In this document: positions 55,634-64,000 of the stretch, piece after piece
How positions within the stretch are numbered: position 1 is the first letter of the stretch
How the letters are laid out: each line of letters starts with the position of its first letter
Origin: Octopus vulgaris
Taxonomy: Eukaryota
Length of the DNA stretch: 64,000 bases
Reading direction: 5' to 3'
NCBI GenBank assembly: GCA_951406725.2
Contig: OX597824.1
Span: 39,060,001 to 39,124,000 of the forward strand
Notes under the pieces: generated by a model
The model's database searches: none
What the model was told of the DNA's origin: nothing
What the model saw: the letters and a program-made list of their open reading frames with translations, nothing else
Program-made: the position numbers and the translations under genes

Positions 55634-56329
55634 CTGCATGTCACATTATCAGTTTACCAACATTCTGAGATAATGTATTGATGTACTGTTTATGCTGGTT
55701 GCACCTATATTTAACTGTTCTCCTAGGTAGGCCAGTATAATTTTTCTCATCATCGTTTTTGTAGGTCACTTTTGTACGGTCATAAGTACTTTTCTGAGAC
55801 ACTAACAAGAGAACATGGTGTAATGTTCCAGCAGGAGGAGTTACAACCGTGTTTCGTGGTCTGCTACCACAACAGCTCCTTTATAGGATCCAGTTAGCTC
55901 AAGACACAATCAGGAGGAACCACGTCCGGTTTCGGCCCCTACTCCTTTACTGTTTTGACGTGGCGCCCCCCTTTTTCGGAGGTGTCTTCAATTCTGGTGT
56001 TGGGTGCATGTCTTCTTTCTTCTTCTTTCTTCGGTTCCCTGGCCTCTTCGATGTATCGTCAGCGAGTGTCAGTCAGCGACTGACTGACTTGTCAAATTCC
56101 CCCTTTAAATACCTGCCTCCAGCAGGCAGCCCCAGCAAGAGTGTCACGTGACACTCTCCCACCTTAACTGACTAGTGAAGGCGCATAGCTTTAGCCCGTG
56201 CATTTTCCAAACTACCATCACCTGTCAGTCAGCGAAGCTGATTCAGTGTCAGCTTGTCTCACCTAAAGATGTTATTTCGAATATTTCTTTTTTCTTATAT
56301 GTATATATATATATATATGTTTATCTTTA

Positions 56330-56379
<50 letters not shown>

Positions 56380-56499
56380 TATTTTTCTTATATATATATA
56401 ATTTATATCTAAATCTTTATTTATATTTTGATATTGCATATCTTACTTTTGGTTTGTTGGCAGAAACCTAAAAATGCAATTGTAACTTAGTCTAAATGT

Positions 56500-59400
56500 C
56501 TCAAGCGCATTCAGTAAATGGCAAAAAAGGCTTGGGAACGTCAGGGGAACAGGTCTGGCTCAGCAGGTGTCCCAGTGTATCGCAGGCTGGGCCCGATCGC
56601 CATCCTGCCACTGTGGTCAAACAATCTTCAAGATAAAGTAAAAATAAACATCCTTTGAATTTTGGCTGGTATGTGCGCACACTTCTTGATGATAATTTCA
56701 AGAAGAGGCCAGAAAGCATGTGAGCTTAAAAAATATGTCCTTGATATAGTTGCACTCTCTGAAACTCGTTTCTCTGGTGAGGGTGAAGTAAATGAACCCA
56801 CTTATGGATATACTATCATTTGGAGAGGCCTACCTAAGCGTCAACGTAGAGAAGCTGGTGCTGGGTTGGCTCTCAAGAATTCATTAGTATCCTTCATTGC
56901 AGAGCTTCCAAGTGGTGTATCTGAACGAACCATGTCATGCCGTATTAAACTGTCAATAGGTAGGTTTCTTGCCGTTGTCAGTATTTATGCATCAACAATG
57001 TCCCATTCTGATGAAACTTTAGGACAATTTTATGATGATCTAGCACAGTTATTGAGGAAAGTACCAATTTCTGACAAGCTAGTCATGTTGGGAGATTTCA
57101 ACGCAATTTTGGAAAGGACTACATTCCATGGCCTGTTTTAGGTCGACATGGAATTAGAAAATGTAATAAAAATGGAGTAGCTCTCTTGACATTTTGTACA
57201 GAGAATAATTTGTTTGTTACCAACACTCTGTTTAAGCAGAAAATATATATATAAAACCACCTGGATGCACCCAAGATCTAAGCAATGGCATCTCTTAGAT
57301 TATATTTTGATCAGAAGCGTGATATAAAATATGTTTCTAGCATTCGGGTCATGAGAGGAGCAGAGAGTAAGACTGACCATTGTCGGGTGCGTGGAAAATG
57401 TTTTTCGATAATGCCTAAAAATCGACAGGCTAGTCCTAAGGTAACCAAGAAGTTCAATGTTGCAAACTTTAAATTATCAAGGAACTTGCAAAGATTCAAC
57501 GATCCTATAGAAAGTATCAATCTTGACCCAAACAATCTATGGGAAGATTTTGAAAGAAACGTATTTCAGTCTGGAAGTTCGTCAGTGGGATTTAAATCAC
57601 GTAACTCCAGTGACTGGTTCTCAGATAGATCAGCAGAAATTCATGATCTACTTTTAGAAAAACAAAACTTAGGCAATACACTCCCTTCTCAGTTCTTGAA
57701 CCCCAGCACAAGCGAAGTTTACAGAAAGCTGAAAGGGAAAGTGCAGACTGCTCTGAGGAAAATTAAACAGGAATGGTAGAATGCTAGAGCAAAAGGGCAC
57801 TAGAAGCAGCTGACAGAAATGATGTCAAAGGTTTGTACTCTTATGTTAAGGAGGTATATGGCCCAAAATCTTCAACAGATACAGTGAGAACGGCAAATAG
57901 ACGTTTGCTTCTGACTGACGCCGCTTCAATTCATAAGCGCTAGGTAGAACATTTTTCTGCACTTTCGAATAGATCATCATCTGCTGACATGATCATGATA
58001 GAAAAAATCGAACATTTTCCAGTTATAGAAGAGATGGCATTTGAACAAACTCTAAATGACATTTATTTAGCTGTGAATAAGCTGAATGACAATAAATCTC
58101 CAGGGTCTGATAGTTCCAAATATAGTGTCTGAGTTTCAGTGTAGTTTTCGTTCCTCCAGTGGCAAAGCTGATTGTATCTTTACTATCAGACAATTTCAAG
58201 AAAAGTGCATTGAACAGAATCTTGCCCTATATCATTGCTTTGTTGATTTGAGAAAAGCATTCGCTACTGTTAATCGAAATGCTCTGTGGCTAATTCAAAG
58301 GAAAATAGGTTACCTAGAAAAATTTCTAAACATGATCAAGGTTTTGCATCAAGATATGATTTTGCATCAAGATAAGTTTTGTTGGTAGGCTCTCTGAATT
58401 TTTTGCCGTGGAAAATGGAATAAAGCAAGGAGACCTTGATGCACCCACCCTCCTTGCAATATACTTTGCTGTTGTGTTGTCACAAGCTTTTCAAAGCTCT
58501 GAGGAGGGTATTTATATACAATATCGAACAACAGGGAATGTTTTTAATCTGACCAGACTGAAATTCAAGACGAAGGTTTTTACTTCACTCATTAGTGAAC
58601 TTTTATACACTGACGATTGCGATCTTGTCAGTTATTCTGAAACAGGTCTGCAATCTCTTGTATCGGCATTTGAGTCAGCTTGTGATGATTTGGGCTTGAC
58701 CATCAACTTGAAAAAATTAAAAAAAAAACAGTTGTAATGCATCAACCTGAGTATGGTGCTGTTTGTAACCCCACTAAACCTTTTGTTAAGGGCTGTTGGG
58801 GTTGTTGATTCGTTCATCTGCCTTCGAAGGTCTTTTCAAAATGATGGAAATCTTGATACAGAAATACATCTGCGAATTGAAAGGACTGCAAAAGCATATG
58901 GTGGATTGGTGTCACGTGTTTGGCGCCAGCGACACATAAATAACAATAGAAAATTGGTTCCTTACAAATCATTTGTCTTATCATCCCTGTTGTATTCTTG
59001 TGAAACATGAACTTGTTATGAAAGATATTTTAAATTGTTAGAACAATTCCACCAAAAACAGATGTCTTTGCATCTGCAAGCATCGCCTCAATTAAAGCTA
59101 TAATTCTGAGAAAGCAACTGAGCTGGTGTAGCCATATTGTTCGAATGGTGGATGAACGCATGCCTAAATAGTTGTTTTATGGTGAGCTTCCAGAGGGGAA
59201 ACGCTATCGGCGTAAACCTAAAAAAAGGTTTAAGAACGGCATAAGGATTACTATGAAGTCACTTGGAATGGAACCAGATGACATAGAAACTTTTGCTTCG
59301 GATCGAGCTGGATAACGAACAAAAGTGTGGAGTGGAGTGAAAGCGTTTGAAGAGGCCAGGATAACGCTTGCAAGACTCAAAGGAGATTTAAGGAAGAATG

Positions 59401-59783
59401 TTACGATCGAGAAGGTGAATCACAATGATCTTTTTTGTGCACAGTTTGTGACGGACAATGCTTTTCTTTTGCTGGGCTCAAATCTCATTTGTGAACCCAT
59501 GGAAAACTAACCTCCACCAGCTATTCTGCTTATATGTCTGTGCACAACTTTGAATGCAATGTACGCTAGAAGGTTTGCAAATTTAACGGAGGCCTCAAAA
59601 GACATGTTAAGATCCACAAAGATCAGAACTTATCTGCACCTCTTGGTGGTCCAAATCGAATATGCAATCTGTGTAGGTGTCAGAATATTGTCTGGTTTAA
59701 AAAGCCACGTCTGATGCCATGATGGTTCTAAGGTGTAGGTACAGGTGGTGGTCAAACTCTGCATAAGGAGTACACAACCACCA
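56500..59783 (+). mobile_element. RTE-clade LINE, near full length, pseudogenised (APE endonuclease, RT, C-terminal C2H2 fingers)
   Basis: DIVALSETRFSGEG, LGDFNA, TWMHPRSKQWHLLDY, QCSFRSS..DCIFTIRQFQEKCIEQN, FVDLRKAF, GIKQGD, LLYTDD, LLYSCET; many stops and frameshifts, internal deletion near 58110. Confidence 0.93.
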
Positions 59784-59800
59784 AACTACCATATACATAT

Positions 59801-59901
<101 letters not shown>

Positions 59902-60493
59902 TACGTGTGTGTATGAATTATATATGATTTATATATATGCAGGTATATACGTACGTACGTGCATGTGTGTGATCTCCATGCTTGGTTTTGTCTGTTCTGA
60001 TCTGTTTATATCCACAAAACTTAGTAGTTGAGCAATAAGAGGGCGTCAGATTATGTACTACACATAAAATAATCTTGGAGTCAATTTGATCAGCTAAAAT
60101 CTCGGCTGACTCCAAGGTTAACCGCAGCAGTCGAATAACGAAAATAAAAATAGAAGAAATGAATAAAGAATAAATCTGATTCGGTGGACATATATATCAA
60201 CTAAGGAAATTTGAATTGGCTTTAAAATGGTATCGACCTCATTAATTTACCACAGTCTGCTCAGACCTCCGGAATGGCTTTACCATACCGAACAAAAACA
60301 TCTGAAACATTATACACGAATATATCCTTGTACATCACAACAATTTATAAATTTCACCAAACACAAACATCCAGACATATAATCTGTGTCACAAGTATAT
60401 ATGCACTTACATATATACATACCTTTAATTCTCTCTCTCTCTCCCCTATGTATCTGCATATCGACCCATCAAAAAGTTTACCTATTTGATTTG

Positions 60494-60542
<49 letters not shown>

Positions 60543-61158
60543 GTATATATATAAGTATATATATGTATATATATATATTGTATATATATATATATATATA
60601 TATACACATACATACACCGGAATAAGCACATACATATATATATATGTATATATATATATGTATACACACACAGACACACACATATATATATACAGACACA
60701 TATATGCATCTGTATGTATAAACGCCGTTTGTATATGTTTGTGTATGTGTCCTCTAATATTGACATATTCTATAAGTATCAACTTAAAACATTTTTATGT
60801 GTGAATCAATAAATGGATACGAACGTCTTTTTATGCATCTATTTGTGTATATTTGGTAAAGGAATCTACATATGATTTTCTTTACCCATAAATATATATA
60901 TGCATACCGTCTTACACGCACACATACACACGCCCACGCTCACACACACACACACACACACACACGTACACGTACCCTTGCACATCGATATAAACACAAA
61001 CTTCGTTCTTATAGACAAATATATTCATTTAAATGATTCCGTAAACTTTTATTGATTTTTCTATATAAATGTCTTATATTACAAGATATTGAAACTTATA
61101 AATTATATCAATAAGAAAATACACAAACTCATTACATATATATGTACATTCATATATA

Positions 61159-61200
<42 letters not shown>

Positions 61201-61221
61201 CGAGAGAGAAAGAGAGTTTTT

Positions 61222-61293
<72 letters not shown>

Positions 61294-62141
61294 AATAGAT
61301 AGATAGATAGATAGATAGACAGACAAACAAACATATTTCAATATACACCTGTACATACACAAATTTATATGAATATATGTGTGTATAAATGATTGAGAAA
61401 TGTCATGGGAATAGCAGAGCAGTGTCGATCCATCGAAGAAAACTCATAAAAAGGAACAGCTGAACGATGTAAAAACCACATTGCTAGAAAACTGGTGATG
61501 GTGTGCGTAGGCTAAACGTATTCAAGATTGCGAGTTTCGATAAATTCATATGGTGCCATAGTGAAGTGGAATCTAGTGAGCAATTTAATAGTATTAGATA
61601 CGGATATAGCTAAAACCAAGAATAATTGTAAAGAATATTACCTCAAAAAGGATTAGACAGGCCACATATAAAATAAAATAAATCTCTAAATCTTTAACAC
61701 TAGAACAAATCCAATTATACCTGAAGATAAGAGTATCTTATTATTAACTCCCCTTGAATTCAACTTCTCAAATGATATTAGTCTTGAAGAATTTTTTTCG
61801 ACTACTATTTTTTATTCCCATAGTACTTAGCGCAGGACAGGTGCAGCCATTTGCATAGTTGAAAGAAGGAGTAAACATGCAGATAAGTATTCTGCCTTTA
61901 TTAATTGGGGTAAATAGTTTCATTTACTAGTTTTATTCAATAAATTTATAACATGTATAGAGGTTCTTTACTTTTAAAATATTATTAACTTACGTTTGAC
62001 ATAATAATGGTAATATATACTAGTATTGATAGGGGTAAATTTCGCAATGAATTATTAATTCCGTAAAGTTTATATAGATAGGCGGTTTAATTTGACGTGG
62101 TTATAAAATAGTCGATGAGGGTTTCTTTATGTTATGCTTAG

Positions 62142-62188
<47 letters not shown>

Positions 62189-62404
62189 GTTTTTAGGTGT
62201 TTAATTTTATAAAATTTTTATCAATTTTTAAAATTTTTTAATTTTTTAATTTTAAAAATCTTTTAAATTTTGTAAAAATATATTAGGAAATTATATATAT
62301 AAATAGATATTCTTATTTTTATTATTTTTAATGAAGATATCTTAGAATTTGTATGATTAAGTAGGATCCATTAATAATAATAATATAATAATATAAAGAA
62401 AAAT

Positions 62405-62492
62405 AGCCTGAGGACGCACTGGTGGATTTATGTATTAAGTATACCTAATAGACTGGTAAAACAAACCACCAGCGTAGAAACACGTGTAGCGT
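62405..62492 (+). ncRNA. Minimal type I hammerhead ribozyme motif (Penelope-like element terminus)
   Basis: GC-CTGAGGA-cgcactggtgg...ccaccagcg-ta-GAA-ACACGTGT-A-GC: palindromic stem III, GUA triplet, weak stem I. Confidence 0.55.
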
Positions 62493-62759
62493 TCATTAAT
62501 ATTATCTTCTTTCCCCACAGACTAATAACAGGTAAGGTATATATATATTTTTTAATGTTTATATAACTTTTAATTAATTCTAATGTACTTTATTTTATTG
62601 TACGATATAGTAGGATTTAAAATGATTATATTATTAGATTAGTATTTTGGATATAACTTTCTATGTGTACTCCAGAAAATGAGGTTGTCCTGAATTTGAA
62701 GTTGTGGTCCTATTGGTAAAATCCTAAATTTGTAATAATAATATATATAAATAAATACA

Positions 62760-62833
<74 letters not shown>

Positions 62834-62841
62834 TATATATA

Positions 62842-63323
62842 TATTGAAGAAACGGGAATCAAGAAGGAGTACGGTTGGAACATTTATCTATTATTCGTTA
62901 CAATTGTTTCGACGCAACGTAGTTCTCCAAGAACTCAGGTATTTGATTATGCAACTGTTTATTTGCATAATGCGATCTAGTTTGTTTCCTCAGGTAATAT
63001 ACGAGTGTTGTCTCCGTTAGTTTATGATCGTCGACTTCTGGACCATCTCCTCTGTTCGTCCTGGTTTGAATTTAGTAGCGGCTGATAGATCCGCTTTAGT
63101 AGACGCTAATATATTCAAACCACGATGGACAGAGGAGATGGCCTTGAAGTCGACGATTTCAAAGTAACAGAGACAACACGCGTATATCGTCTGAGAAAAC
63201 ACAACTAGGTCTCATTATGCAAACAAACAGTTGCATAATCAAATACTTGTATTCTTGGAGAACTACGTTGCGTCAAATTGTAGCGAATAATAAATAAATG
63301 TCTAACCTTATCTCTTCTTCAAT
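62842..63323. mobile_element. ~480-bp imperfect palindrome of two inverted hammerhead-bearing termini
   Basis: Arms pair throughout (tatttgattatgcaactgttt / aaacagttgcataatcaaata; ccatctcctctgt / acagaggagatgg). Left arm on minus reads CTGAGGA...GAA-ACAATTGT-A-ACGA. Confidence 0.75.
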
Positions 63324-64000
63324 TTTTATATTCACACATGATGAATGCCCAAATTTAAACTAGGAAATATGTAATAATACTACCGATAGTACTGCGTAAT
63401 TCTGAAGATGGATGAGGTTTATACTGTACTTTACCACATTCCTAACGGAATATAACGTAACTATATATATATATAATGTGTGTGTGAGTGTCGTTGAATT
63501 CGGGTTGGAGTGTATCGTATCATTTATATACATAGAGCAAAATTAGAAATTACGCAATCCACACTTGCTACCAATGTGTAATTATTAAACCTAATGTTGC
63601 TGAGGAGAACATGTGGTAGTAGAAATAGGTACCAGAGTAATGACTTGAGCTTGTAGTGATTAGCTGATGGAGGGAAGCTGTATGATTGTCCGGAAAAATA
63701 TAAAGATAAATTACAAGCTTTACAAAGGTCAGATTAGAGTGAAACACATGTGTGAAATAGACGTGGGTATCTTCTTAGCGAAAATTTTATTGTTTCTTCC
63801 TAATTCTTGATTTTTCTATTATGTGCCCTAGTGTCACCTCGTAACCATTCATCTATACTACGCCTACACAACGCAATACACATACACAACACAACACACA
63901 CACATACACACACACATGCATACACATACATAATACATAATGCAGTGTAATATAACACTATATATATGTACATGAGCTTGCGCGCGTGTGTAAGAGGAAT

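Noticed and set aside
63395-63460. CTGAAGA hammerhead-like start
   Set aside because: No downstream GAAA/stem III found.

Overview
AT-rich, microsatellite-saturated eukaryotic DNA; the tRNA-derived SINE families and (TA)n/(CA)n/(ATCT)n density point to a coleoid cephalopod, probably Octopus (inference). The only convincing host gene is a minus-strand, uninterrupted 309-aa neuropeptide precursor (32571-33500). It has a signal peptide and 11 KR-flanked amidated pentapeptides (7x IRELV-amide, 4x IRELI-amide) separated by conserved acidic spacer peptides; the peptide fits the protostome TRH-like/EFLamide/fulicin motif. The rest is mostly mobile DNA: four tRNA-SINE families, decayed LINEs (RTE with three C-terminal C2H2 fingers, R4/Dong, CR1-type), Tc1/mariner relics and MITEs. 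There is also a set of microsatellite-embedded fold-back elements, several carrying type I hammerhead ribozyme cores, including a circularly permuted ~570-nt non-coding unit whose second copy starts at the predicted self-cleavage site. Most ORF-track entries are microsatellite artefacts. Repeat boundaries were read by eye and are approximate.
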